Source: Barthelona sp. PAP020
Taxonomy: Eukaryota
Length of the DNA stretch: 43,486 nt
Assembly: GCA_040182905.1 (NCBI GenBank)
Contig: JARQWU010000062.1
Location: forward strand, 1-43,486
Direction: 5' to 3'
The translations under genes were made by a program, and so were the position numbers. Positions 11,627 to 23,100 of this stretch are shown here, piece by piece. How positions within the stretch are numbered: the stretch's first letter is position 1; each line of letters starts with the position of its first letter. Below the pieces are notes generated by a model. The model was not told where the DNA came from, made no database searches, and saw nothing but the letters and a program-made list of their open reading frames with translations.

Positions 11627-14065
11627 ATGAACGATACACACCAAGAAGCCGTTATGGTGCAAGGCCAAATTGGTGAATTATTTCAAGAGCGTATTAAAGA
11701 AACTCAAAAAGATCAAGTTAAAAAGTTACAAGATGAGAATGAAGCTGCAAAAAAACATGAACTTTATTTATTAAGTTTAAAAAAGAAATCCATGGCAGTT
11801 GAAGCACAACAATTGATTGAAAGGGAACAAAATGATTTCCAAGAACGTCAAAAATTGTTGTATAAGGTTGAATCCAATAGATTTGCCCAAGAAGAAACTG
11901 AAAAGTTAAAAGAAAAAACTCGTAAAGCAGCCGATGAACTTGAAAGAAAGAGGAGAGAAGCTGAAGAGAGAAATATTCAATTATCTCAGGAGCAATTCTA
12001 TCGGGAAGAGAAAATGAAAACTGAAATGATGATTGAAGAGGCACAAAGAGCAAAAACAAGATTATCTGAAACACAAGAAATGAAAGAACAATTAGAAGAT
12101 TCAAAACGTGCCCGTCATCGCAAATTTGTTAAAAGTTTGGAAAAAAACACAGTTAAAAAGCTCAGAGATTTACAATTAGAAAATCGTTCTCCCAACAAAA
12201 AGCCAATTTCACCAAAAAAAAAGGTCAAATTAGTTATCACAATTGAAATTGGTGATGGAAATTTGGAAACTATCAAGCTTTATGAGAATGAGACACCTGA
12301 TCAGGTTGCCAGAGCTTTCGTTGCAAAACATCAGTTTCCTGAACATATAATTGAACCACTGCGTATTCGAATTGAAGATAGTCTTGCACAATCTGCTGCT
12401 GAGTCCCCTAAAAAACACAAGAAAAGAAGAAGTGTTACAAAAACACCACAAGAAGAAGATTTCAGACATCAAAAGACAATGCAGAAACACAAGATGACAA
12501 AAGAGGAGTTAGATGAGTTTACTGAACGTTTGTCTCACAGGCAAATTCGTTTACAGAAGGAACAATACAGTTTGAAAGCAAAAGAAAAAGTTAAAGCCGA
12601 TGAACATACGTTTTCACCTGATATTACACGTTATAAAGGGAAGAAAGAAAGAACTGGAAGTGTATTTGATAGATTGTATGGAGAATCCAAAAATTTAGCC
12701 AAGAAGAAACGTGAAGAAGTTGATAATGCAAAGAAACAAGAACAAGAACGTCTTAGAATGAGTTCTAACAAGGTATATACATTATCAAAATCTGCTACTA
12801 TGCTGAAGAACAATGAAGAAGAAGCTGTGTATGATAGATTGAATAAACTTGCAAAGGAGAAGCAAGCTGAGCTTGAAAGAATTGCTAAAGAAAAGAAAGA
12901 AGAAGAAGAAAAGAAATTAAAGAAATTAACATTTAAGCCAGAAATTTCAAGATATGCAAAAGAAGAATTGACTAATGATGATGTTGTTTGGGACCGTGTT
13001 GCATTTAACAAGGAATTAACCGAATCTAGAGAACAAACATTAAAGAATAAATATGATAGAAATGCATTCAAGGAAGTTTCAAGTATTTTCAAACATGATA
13101 GTGATAGCAAGAAGTTTATGCCTGCACGTGACCCAAAAGCAGATCTTTTTTCTCCTCAACTTGCAAATAGATCAAAAAAAATGGCTGAGCGTAAATTAGG
13201 TGCCCATTTGGCATCACCTCAAAAGCATGTAAATTATTTATATGAAGATGCTCTTGATCGTGCCAAGAAACGTGAAGAATTGGAAGGAAAAGTACCAGCT
13301 CATTTATACAGTTTTAGTCCTGAGACCAATATTGTTTCCACAAATTCTAAGGAAAGGGAAGAAACGTTGGAAAGGTTATACACTTCCCAACAAAAGACTC
13401 AACAAAAGATTGAAGATATGATTCGTGAAAGAAATGAAAAAGAACAAGAACAAAGAGTGATCAATCGCGATGTAGATCCAAATGAAGTTTCTGAGCGTTT
13501 GTACAGAACACCATTGAAAAAGGACACCACAAATGATGACCTGACCCAATCTTTAACATATGATTTTGATGATCAAATGTTGAATTATGCTGGTACTTCC
13601 TATTTTAATAGTCCTGAGGCTTCTAATAAATTGGATAAAAAAATTGTTGCTGGACTAAAAAAGCTTTGGAGAGTCATTTCGGTTGATGAATCACAAGTGC
13701 GAACAATTTGTAAGGGAGATTTAATGAGCATATCAAATGAGAGCATATTAGACGAGTTCCCATATCATGATTCATCTATCATTCGCAGTGAATTGTACTA
13801 TTTGACTGGATTTGACAATGAAATTGATTTGAACTCTCAATTCGAAATTACTGAACAAGGGTTTATTGAACGTGCAAAAGAATATGCCAAACATCCTTCT
13901 TTCCCATTGACTTTCTATCGTGAGTTTAAAGAGAAAAATGTTGTTGAAGATGATGGTTTGAAAGAGTTACGTGATAGACCTCAATTATCTGAAAATACTC
14001 AAAAAATAATGGTAGAAAAGGATCATAATAGGACTGGTTCTGTTTTTGATCGATTAAAAGCTTAA
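11627..14065 (+). CDS. coiled-coil protein with repeated (V/L)x(D/E)RLY and FxPxI motifs; probable cytoskeleton-associated protein
   Basis: 812-aa ORF with a charged coiled-coil N-terminus and a small globular domain (LVITIEIGDGNLETIKLYENETPDQVARAFVAKH). Recurring motifs: SVFDRLY, AVYDRLN, LERLY, VSERLY, SVFDRLK and TFSPDI, TFKPEI, LFSPQL, SFSPET. Function is inferred only. Confidence 0.6.
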   Translation: MNDTHQEAVMVQGQIGELFQERIKETQKDQVKKLQDENEAAKKHELYLLSLKKKSMAVEAQQLIEREQNDFQERQKLLYKVESNRFAQEETEKLKEKTRKAADELERKRREAEERNIQLSQEQFYREEKMKTEMMIEEAQRAKTRLSETQEMKEQLEDSKRARHRKFVKSLEKNTVKKLRDLQLENRSPNKKPISPKKKVKLVITIEIGDGNLETIKLYENETPDQVARAFVAKHQFPEHIIEPLRIRIEDSLAQSAAESPKKHKKRRSVTKTPQEEDFRHQKTMQKHKMTKEELDEFTERLSHRQIRLQKEQYSLKAKEKVKADEHTFSPDITRYKGKKERTGSVFDRLYGESKNLAKKKREEVDNAKKQEQERLRMSSNKVYTLSKSATMLKNNEEEAVYDRLNKLAKEKQAELERIAKEKKEEEEKKLKKLTFKPEISRYAKEELTNDDVVWDRVAFNKELTESREQTLKNKYDRNAFKEVSSIFKHDSDSKKFMPARDPKADLFSPQLANRSKKMAERKLGAHLASPQKHVNYLYEDALDRAKKREELEGKVPAHLYSFSPETNIVSTNSKEREETLERLYTSQQKTQQKIEDMIRERNEKEQEQRVINRDVDPNEVSERLYRTPLKKDTTNDDLTQSLTYDFDDQMLNYAGTSYFNSPEASNKLDKKIVAGLKKLWRVISVDESQVRTICKGDLMSISNESILDEFPYHDSSIIRSELYYLTGFDNEIDLNSQFEITEQGFIERAKEYAKHPSFPLTFYREFKEKNVVEDDGLKELRDRPQLSENTQKIMVEKDHNRTGSVFDRLKA

Positions 14066-14262
14066 AATCAATAACATATTCATTTGTTTATCTATTTTGT
14101 AAATTTTTTTTGATTTATTTATTTATTTTTTTCTCATTTTATAAAGTTTATAGATTTTAAACAAAATTCCACAGAATTGAAAAAAAAAATTTGATGAAAC
14201 GAATTTTTTCAAATTCAACAATTACTAAATCTTAAACCATTTGTATTCAAATATATTCAATA

Positions 14263-15243
14263 ATGGATATAATTGATTTGGATGTTGGTGGAACCATTTT
14301 TTCAACTACACGAAAAACTTTGAATAGAATTGAAGGAACATATTTTTCTGCTATTTTTGATGGAACAAATGAACATGTTGTTAAAATAGAAGAGAATCTT
14401 TATTTTATTGACAGAAGCAACACATATTTCAGATACATTTTAAATTTTTTAAGAGATTTGATATTACCAATTTGCAATGACATGAGTTATTGTAAAGCTA
14501 TTTTAGAGGATGCAAAATTTTACAAGTTGGATTCTTTGATATCAATTTTAAATTCTCATATTGAAAAAATTGAATCTTCTGTTTCTGGGATATTGACTGA
14601 AAATTATCAATTATTGAATATTTCAGAAATAAATCAAGAAATGTTGAATCCTTCGACTTCAGGTAATACCAGATTGATATCAATTGCCAACAATGTGTTT
14701 ATTGCAGAAACAATCAGGATACATGAATTAATCAAAGATCCCCGGTTATTATTGTTAAAAACAGAAATAAAAGTGGACATTTTGCCTTTTGTATTCATTG
14801 ATGATTCCACCTTTTTACATATTATTGGAGCGAATCATGTGTTTATTAAAAGTTGTTCTTTAACAAGTAGAATGTTTCCCGTTATAGATGAAGAAGTTAA
14901 AGTATTATATCTTTCTGACAAAGAAAACGATATTGAGGTGTGGAATGAGGAGCTTGAAGAAACCCATGCCAGTTTTTTAATTGGCACAAATTATTTGGAG
15001 TCAAAAGAGTCTGATAGTGAATTTTCGTCAATTAAAGACGAAAAACAAACAGAACAAGAAAATAAACTTATTTTGGAAGTTGATTCATCAGATCAAACTT
15101 ATTGGGGAAAAATCAAACGTTTAATCAAAGAAGAGACTACACGTAGAATCAGTCGTTCTTCTTCTTTTTACATTCCAAATACTATTTATGTACCAACAAG
15201 AGCATTAACATCAATATATAGACCTAATAAATCTTCAAAGTAG
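14263..15243 (+). CDS. KCTD-type BTB/POZ (T1) domain protein
   Basis: IDLDVGGTIFSTTRKTL...YFSAIF...YFIDRS..FRYILNFLRD...EDAKFYKL. Confidence 0.88.
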   Translation: MDIIDLDVGGTIFSTTRKTLNRIEGTYFSAIFDGTNEHVVKIEENLYFIDRSNTYFRYILNFLRDLILPICNDMSYCKAILEDAKFYKLDSLISILNSHIEKIESSVSGILTENYQLLNISEINQEMLNPSTSGNTRLISIANNVFIAETIRIHELIKDPRLLLLKTEIKVDILPFVFIDDSTFLHIIGANHVFIKSCSLTSRMFPVIDEEVKVLYLSDKENDIEVWNEELEETHASFLIGTNYLESKESDSEFSSIKDEKQTEQENKLILEVDSSDQTYWGKIKRLIKEETTRRISRSSSFYIPNTIYVPTRALTSIYRPNKSSK

Positions 15244-15431
15244 TTTTTACATTGAAACATTATTTTTATTTTTGTTTTTTGATGTTGTTTCAAAAATGAA
15301 ATGATAAGTATTAATCTTTTTACAATATTATTATTATTTTTCTCTTGAAATAAAATTTAAACAAACCATTAAATTATTTTTGTTTTGTTTTTGTATTTTT
15401 GTATTGTTGTATTTAAAAAGGAAACAAATTT

Positions 15432-16712
15432 ATGAGTAATTTAACACCGAATTCTTTCTTAGGGTTAGTACCGACATTGACTCAAATATGTATGGATGCA
15501 ATTGCCAATAATTTTGAAGAGTTTTCAAATTTGGATGGATTAGATCCTAAAATTAAACGTAGAATTATTCAAAAGATTTCATTAGATCTTGATCCTTTTA
15601 CTGCAGCATCTGCCATTCATGATGAGGATTATTGGAAACGACGAAGTTCAAAATTTCATAATGCTACATTGAATCCTTATTGTAAAACATGGAAAAATGT
15701 ATATTTTACAAAGTTTTTGGAAGAAACCATTATCAATTCTTCAAAAATGGATGAAGAAATGAAATCTATTGTTAATTTGTGTTCTAACTTTGTATTTTCA
15801 CTTGAATTGTTTAATGTATCACCTGAATTGGAGATTCATAAAATCATTAAACTGTTACCAAATCTTAAATGTTTAAAAATTTCAAATGGTCCTTTTTCTG
15901 GCAGTGCACAAGAGCTAGTAGATAATTTCGTTGTTAGTGAGATTGAAAAGGTGAAAATTAAAGATGGTCCAGATGTTGATTTTTACAATTCTATTTTAAT
16001 GGGTATTGAGGGACATGAAAATTTGGTTACTTTAGAGTTGCGAGCTTTTTCGTTAAACGATTTTCACATTCAACCATTATGTGTGGCTTTAAGAAAAAAT
16101 TCCAGCATTGAACGAATTGATTTAAGTTGGAACAGAATTACTGCTGCAGGTGTAAGACATTTTGCTAAACTTATCACACATCGTGGATTATTTACTCATA
16201 TCTCTCTTGTTGATAACGATATTCAAAGTGAAGGATGTAAATATTTGGCGAATGCATTTGTTCATGCTAAGAATCTCAAATTGAAGCATCTAAATTTAAG
16301 AAGAAATAACATACAAGACGATGGATTTGTTGCGATTTTAAATGGGTTGATTCGAGGTGAACAAAACGAAATTGAAACGATTAATTTGGTGGACAACAAT
16401 TTAACGAACAATTCCTTTGTTCAAATTCCTCATTTATTATATGGACTTAACAAATTAGAAACTCTGGTGCTCAGCTATAATATGTTTTCTGCTGATAATT
16501 ATGTTGATGTTTTGAAAAGATTGCAAAAAAATAATTCCAGTGTTAAACTTGTTGTGGATAATTGTGGCATTCCTGACGATTTATTGAATACCACAATTGA
16601 TGAAATGTTGAATAATGAACAAGATTTGAATGAAGTTGTAACACCTGATTATGTTCATAATGAATATGCTTTGATTGATAATGATGCTGATATTGAATAT
16701 ATTTTTAGGTAG
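15432..16712 (+). CDS. DRC5: dynein regulatory complex subunit 5 (TCTE1)-like leucine-rich-repeat protein
   Basis: N-terminus VPTLTQICMDAIANNF...AASAIHDEDYWKRR...TWKNVYF resembles TCTE1/DRC5, followed by RNI-type LRRs (IDLSWNRI, LNLRRNNI, LVLSYN). Confidence 0.8.
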   Translation: MSNLTPNSFLGLVPTLTQICMDAIANNFEEFSNLDGLDPKIKRRIIQKISLDLDPFTAASAIHDEDYWKRRSSKFHNATLNPYCKTWKNVYFTKFLEETIINSSKMDEEMKSIVNLCSNFVFSLELFNVSPELEIHKIIKLLPNLKCLKISNGPFSGSAQELVDNFVVSEIEKVKIKDGPDVDFYNSILMGIEGHENLVTLELRAFSLNDFHIQPLCVALRKNSSIERIDLSWNRITAAGVRHFAKLITHRGLFTHISLVDNDIQSEGCKYLANAFVHAKNLKLKHLNLRRNNIQDDGFVAILNGLIRGEQNEIETINLVDNNLTNNSFVQIPHLLYGLNKLETLVLSYNMFSADNYVDVLKRLQKNNSSVKLVVDNCGIPDDLLNTTIDEMLNNEQDLNEVVTPDYVHNEYALIDNDADIEYIFR

Positions 16713-17339
16713 ATGTGATTTTCAATTTGCAATAAATGAGATTTAAATTATTTATTTATTTTATTTTAATTTATTTTAATTTATTAGATATTTATTAGAT
16801 ATTTATGAGGTATGAGTTGTTCAGTGAACAACGAAACGAGTTAGCTTAAGGTTTGGGGAAAACTCACGTGGATTCAGATGCCCAAGTAACTTAAAAAATT
16901 GGACCTAAAGATGGTCAAGAAACAACAAATTAAGGAAGTGATATTTGATGACCTCTTTATATCTCTAATAAATTCCGTTCATTGAGCATGAACTTCCACA
17001 TTTAAGACATTTGAGCAATGGGATTCCTATGAGTATCATCGAATGAAGAAGAATAAACTGGGTTTTATAAAAGTCTTTCAAGCCTCATTTGATTGGTCAC
17101 TCTTTGAAATCTTTGAAATCTCGTTTTTTCAAGAATATAAAGACAAAAATACAGAAAATTTTCCATATGTTCTGTACTTAAGCAATACAATCGATATTTA
17201 ATGCACATTTCTTTTGGATACAAAGTGTGTTTTCCGTTTACTTTCTCTCCAACAAAGTTTGGCAAAATTTTACTTTCTTTTCATTCATTTCCACATTGAT
17301 TCTTGGTCCAAAAAACATGATAAAAAAAAGTTTAATTGT

Positions 17340-19034
17340 TTATTCGGGAAGAAGGTCAGCTTCTTCATCTAATTCTTCGACCTCAAATCTCTTATCCTTA
17401 GGTTTAGGAGCTTCAGAACGTACAATACCAGACAAAATTTGATCAATACGAAGTAATAACAAAGTGGATTCAATAGCTGTTTTGATTGTTTGTGCTTTAA
17501 CATTATAAGGTTCCCAAATGCCTAAATCATGCATGTCGACCATTTTACCTTGAATACCATCTAAACCGTATGTACAAGCATCAATTCCCAATTCAGAATG
17601 TTTGGCTCTTAATTTGGTAATTAAACGAATAACATTAGCTCCACAATTTTCAGCTAAAGTACGAGGAATAACTTCAAAAGCTCTGGCAGCAGCTCTGTAA
17701 GTTAATTGAGAAGGTCCTTCCACAGATTTTCCCTTTTCATCAAGATAACAAGCCAAAGCCATTTCAGTGGATCCACCACCAGGTAATAATCTGGGGTCAA
17801 CAATGATATTTCTGGCGACGTTCATGGCATCGAAAATATTTCTTTCAACTTCATTCAAAACATCTCTAGAAGCGCCACGAAGAATAATAGAACATGCCTT
17901 GGGATCTTCACATTGTTCAAAGAATGAGAAATAATCATCACCAATCTTACGAATTTCAAAAAGACCACATTGCTTACCAACATCGGATTCTTTTAATTCT
18001 TCAGGACGATTGATAACAGTAGCACCAGTGGCACGGGCTAAACGAATGTTATCTGCACGACGAAGACGACGAAGACAAGTAACACCAGCTTTTACAAAGT
18101 AGTGATCAGCAAGATCAGCAATACCCTTTTCAGTAACAACAATATCAGGTTTTAAAGCAAGAATTTGACCACAAACTCTCTTGATATGTTCAGCTTCTTG
18201 TTTCATAATTTCTTCGATGTCTTCTTCCGCAGCCAATTCAATCATGGTTTGACTTTCTCCCTTACGATATTCTATATAAGAATCTAAACACACAATTCTG
18301 GGATTTTCAATACGACGACGCATAGATGAATGAGTAATATCCTTGTGAATGACAATACCATCCAAAACCTTGGAATCTTCAATATCTCCACCAGGAATCT
18401 TTTCAATACGAGCATATCTCTTCAAGTCAATGTCCTTAACACCATCCTTTTCATCAAAAACGGTTAAAACAGCACTTAAAGCTAAATCAGTCATAAATTC
18501 AGCCCAACGAGAAATGAATTTTGTTCCAACTGTTGATAAAATAATTCTCTTCATGTCTTCTCTATTTCTAAAATCAATAGGATGTGCCAATTTTTCCAAA
18601 TAAACCAAAGCATCTTCCATACAATCAAAGTAACCCTTTACAATGTGACCAGGATGAACATTCTTCTCAACAAATGGTTGAGCTGCTCCAAGCATCTCAG
18701 AAGCCAAAACAATAACAGAAGTTGTTCCATCACCAGCTTCCTCATCTTGAGCTCTGGCTAATTCAATCATAGTCTTAGCTGCAGGATGAGAAACATCAAT
18801 TTCACGCAAAATTGAATTGCCATCATTTGTGATGATAATACCTGCCATAGGATCAACAAGCATCTTTAACATAGATTGAGGTCCTAATGTAGTTCTAATA
18901 ATATCTCCAACAATTCTACCAGCATTAATAATTGATAATTGGGCTTTTTTACCCGTATCTTTTTGTGCAGTATTTTCTAATCGTTAGATTGTTCAAAAAT
19001 AAATTTAAATACGTAATACAATTACTTGGGACAT
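17340..19034 (-). CDS. CCT3: T-complex protein 1 subunit gamma; two exons, 19013-19034 and 17340-18976, 552 aa
   Basis: TNDGNSILREI, GDGTTSV, YARIEKIPGG, PGGGSTE. Splicing a 36-nt intron gives MSQVIVLQNTAQKDTGKKAQLSIINAG...RTTLGPQSMLKML, a typical CCT3 N-terminus. Confidence 0.96.
18977..19012 (-). other. spliceosomal intron, 36 nt, phase 1 (CCT3)
   Basis: Sequence GTATTTAAATTTATTTTTGAACAATCTAACGATTAG. Contains an in-frame TAA; removal restores the conserved N-terminus. Confidence 0.9.
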
Positions 19035-19322
19035 GGAAAAAAATTGTGATTGTTCATTCCGCCACTGTCCCTTTTTTTTTTTGTTTTGAAATATTTCTGA
19101 ACAATATTTGTTTCAACCTCAAATTTTAAGGGACTCTTTCTCCTATTTTTGAAAGTAGTCTATGCTTATGAAAGATTTATTTTCTTTTATTTTGACCAAT
19201 TGATTTTGTAAATATGTAACATTAGTGAGTTTAAATAATGTTGAAAACTAATTTCAAAAAGGAAGCAACATTTGACAACAAAAAAATTCTACAACATCTC
19301 AATTATCCAACTTTTTTTTTCA

Positions 19323-20066
19323 ATGTCAAGTGGATTTGACAAACAAATTACCATCTTTTCCCAAAAAGGAAGATTGTATCAACTAGAATATGCTTATGCT
19401 GCTACAAAAAAACCTGGTTTAACCACTATAGGATTAAAAGGAGAAAATTGTGTTGTGTTAATTACTCAAAAGAAGGTTTCTGACAAATTAGTGGATCCAT
19501 CATTTATAACTAATTTACATAGGATTGATAAGCATCTTGGAATGTCTACAACTGGATTTTCAGCTGATGCACGAACAGTTGTAATGTTAGCGAAGAACTA
19601 TATGGTTGATTTTGAATATAAGAATGGATATAAGATGAGTGCTGATCTTCTTTCATCAAAATTAGCTGAGAGGGCTCAATTGCACACACAATATGCTCAT
19701 ATTAGACCCTTTGTATGTAATTCTATGATAGCTGGGTGTGATGATGAATTTGGACCTCAATTATATATTTCTTCATTGTTTGGAACGTCTATTTCGTATA
19801 AAGCAGCTGCATTGGGAGCAAAAAGACATGAAGTGATCAACCTTTTAGAAAAAGAACACACAAAGTATGGAATTCCTGTTTCTGAAGAAGAAACAATTTA
19901 TCGTGGCATTAAGGTTCTTTCTCAGATATCCTCCTCTGAAACAAATCTTTTATTGGCTTCTGAAGTAGAGATTGGTATTGTAACTCAAGACAATAAAGAA
20001 TTTAGAAAATTGAGTGAAGCAGAAATTGATGAAATTTTAACTGTTGTTGCCGAAAGAGAAGAATGA
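19323..20066 (+). CDS. PSMA6: 20S proteasome subunit alpha-1 (PSMA6/SCL1 type), divergent, 247 aa
   Basis: SSGFDKQITIFSQKGRLYQLEYA, TQKKVSDKLVD, QLHTQYAHIRP, C-terminal FRKLSEAEIDEILTVVAERE. The first ATG is at 19323. Confidence 0.88.
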   Translation: MSSGFDKQITIFSQKGRLYQLEYAYAATKKPGLTTIGLKGENCVVLITQKKVSDKLVDPSFITNLHRIDKHLGMSTTGFSADARTVVMLAKNYMVDFEYKNGYKMSADLLSSKLAERAQLHTQYAHIRPFVCNSMIAGCDDEFGPQLYISSLFGTSISYKAAALGAKRHEVINLLEKEHTKYGIPVSEEETIYRGIKVLSQISSSETNLLLASEVEIGIVTQDNKEFRKLSEAEIDEILTVVAEREE

Positions 20067-20136
20067 TATGTTTATATAAAAATGCTATTTTTATTATTTA
20101 CCTTTTATTTGTTTTTTCAAGGTAGAATGAAGAAAA

Positions 20137-23100
20137 ATGTTAGATGAAGAATTACAAAGATTATTATTGTTATATAGATTGTTAAAACAATTCGGAATCA
20201 ATAATATTGAAGAATTAGGAGACATACTGTTAAAGAAAATGCCAATATTAAGTAGAGATATATTAGGCAATGATATTCCAAATAAAATAGAACAAATAAA
20301 TGATTTAAGCGAAGAAATTGATGAAAAACAAATTGAAAACATTTTTTCCATGATTTTAACTTCTGAAAGTTTATTAAATTTCCGCAATGGAATGAAAACT
20401 TTATCAACTAACAATAATATAATTGATTCTTTTGTTCAAAATAAATTTTTTTTAAAAAATGGAATTGTCAAACCTCAAAATATTTTTCGGAATGTTTCTT
20501 TGAAATTTGCATTATGTTTTCCTTTAAATAGTATTACTACTAGTGTAATTATATCACCTTGTGGTGAAATCGTATTGATTTCAACGGAAATTGGACATAT
20601 CTATCTTATAGATACAATTTTTGGAAAAATCAAGCATATATACAAGCATTTGGAAGGAACTAATATTACAATGTTATCTCTATCATACAAATCATTAATT
20701 GGACTAAGTTTTGACGATGACAATCAATTGTCACTATTTTCGTTGGTTGAACCATATGACGTTGTTTATGGTCGAAATAATAAATTTGTGGATTATCTTA
20801 TTTACCAAAAAAAAAGTGATGATGATGATTTAGTGGAATACAGTGATTTTGCTAGAACTAAAAACAATCCAATTGTGTTCGCTAGTTTTTGTAACCCCTA
20901 TTTTGCTGAAAGCGAATATCTAATTCTGATGTATCAATCTTCACCAATACAAATCTTTGAATTACCTTATGATATTCACAGAGGAGGAAAAGCAATATTA
21001 TTACACACTTTGTATCAAGAGTATCGATTTTCTGAAAGAAGCCATTCCTATTCAGGGATCTCATGTTTTTGTACCCATAACTTCTTACCACTCATCGTCA
21101 TTGGTTGTAGTGATGGTACTTTGGCTTTTTGGGATGTTGTTAGGGGAAGATTATTGGGAAGAATTTTAACCAATAAAGAAGAAGAAGGAAGCAGATCAAA
21201 CTTCATTAGTGGAATTGTTTTTTCAAGAAATTGTGAATTTCTTTTAATTTTACACCAAAAAGGTAATATGGAGCTTTTAAGATGGAAGAATGAGGAAATC
21301 CATGTTGTATGGCGTTTCCCTGATGATTTTGAAGCAACCTTCAGACCTGATACTATTTTGGGATTTTCTGCAAATTCAGATCAGTTAATGATGACCTTTT
21401 TCGAACGAAGAGGCGCTCCAATGACCTTTGCTACTATAAACACTGAAAAAGCTTTGATTGATTTTGAATATCTGACAAAAGAAACATGTAATATAGAACC
21501 CGATAGCAAAGACTCTTTTGCCTTTTATATGTGCGATATCACTGGACAATTGAATCATGTGTCTTATTCAGTTGATGATAATTCAGATAGTAACAATCAA
21601 ATAACACCAAAAACAAAATTAATAGACAAAATAAATGAACCTTTCACTACCTGTTATTCTGACCAAGATGGAAAGGTACTCATTGTATTTACCGAATCAA
21701 TGAATGTTAGATTATATACTGATTTTCATTCTTTACAGATGCCAACACCTGAACTTGGATTGCCTTTTTCTCATCGAAAAGCTATGTTTTGGGAATGGGA
21801 GATTCATCGGGAAGTGTCTCCTTTTGACATTGATTTAAGTGATTCTTCTGTTCATTATCTGACTGGGAGCAATCTACCTTTATCAACTTGTCCACGTTGT
21901 CTTCCTATTCTATCTGAAACAGAAGAAAGTGAGGAAGAGTCCATACCTATCGATCCCCATGCAATGGATGCTGTGATCAGTTACTTTGCTGAAGAACTTG
22001 ACAATGATGAAGTGTTAGATGAAGAAGATTTTGAAGAGCATGAATCAGAAGCTTATGTTTTTTCAGAAGATGAACCAAATGAAGAACATGCTCAAAGGAG
22101 TCTACGAAGTCACACCAGACCCGAAGATACCTTACCTCCACGTTTAAGAACACGCGTTTCTTCACAAAACTTTTTAGAGTCTACTGAATTAGATCTAGAA
22201 GCGTTTGAACGTGATTTAATCAGCGTTCGCGAACCTGAACTGGATGAGCCATCGAATATTTCAGCTACTGTTACGTTTAAACCCCTTCCTCGGGTTGATT
22301 TTCCACCCATCTCTGCTTTCGATCCCCTCACTCCAGAAATTGAATTGATAGAATTGAACAAAAATACTTATTTCACCTCCAAACCACCTGTAAATTCGTG
22401 TTCATTACCTCAATCAGATGAATACTACGTTTTGTTTCCGGATGTCTATTCAATGGCTTTGAATGAAACACTGAAAAACTTTGATGGGAAAATGAACAAC
22501 TTACCCCAAATTTTTGAAGATTCATCCAAAATAAAGAAAGAACAACCAACGATAGTTCTTAATAAACCACTTGTTGTGGAAATTAGCTGTGTTGAAAGAG
22601 TTGAATTTCCCCGTATTGATAATGATGAATCTGTCATGATGGGACTTGTTATTTATTTTGGTGTATTGAACGATCAAACCGAAAAGTTATTTGGTCATTC
22701 AACACCATACAATGATGAAAACTATTTTTGGTTGGATTTGCCATATAATACACAATTGGTTGCTAATGATTCATTACTTTCAGCAGTAGCCCCACAATTA
22801 CAAGGTTTTTGTGCAAATAGAGCTTATCATTTTCGATTACTCTTTTTGGGAAATCCTCCATTTCATGGCATGGTTAGATTGAGTCAATTTTTGCAGTCAA
22901 TTGCAAATGGTGTTATTCAATCACGAAATTTTGAAAAATCAAAGGAAGAAGAAGAAGAAGAAGAAGAAGAAGAAGAAGAAGAAGAAGAGGAAAAAACCAA
23001 AGAAGAAACCAAAGAAGAAAATTTAATCAATGAACAACCTTCACAAAATGAAACAGTTAAGAACACAGAAAAATCACATAAAACTGATGATATTTCCAAA

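Noticed and set aside
16809..16870. Hammerhead ribozyme-like pattern (TGA-G[stem]C-GAAAC)
   Set aside because: The core reads GGTATGA rather than CTGANGA, and there is no stem III / NUH cleavage site or stem I partner.
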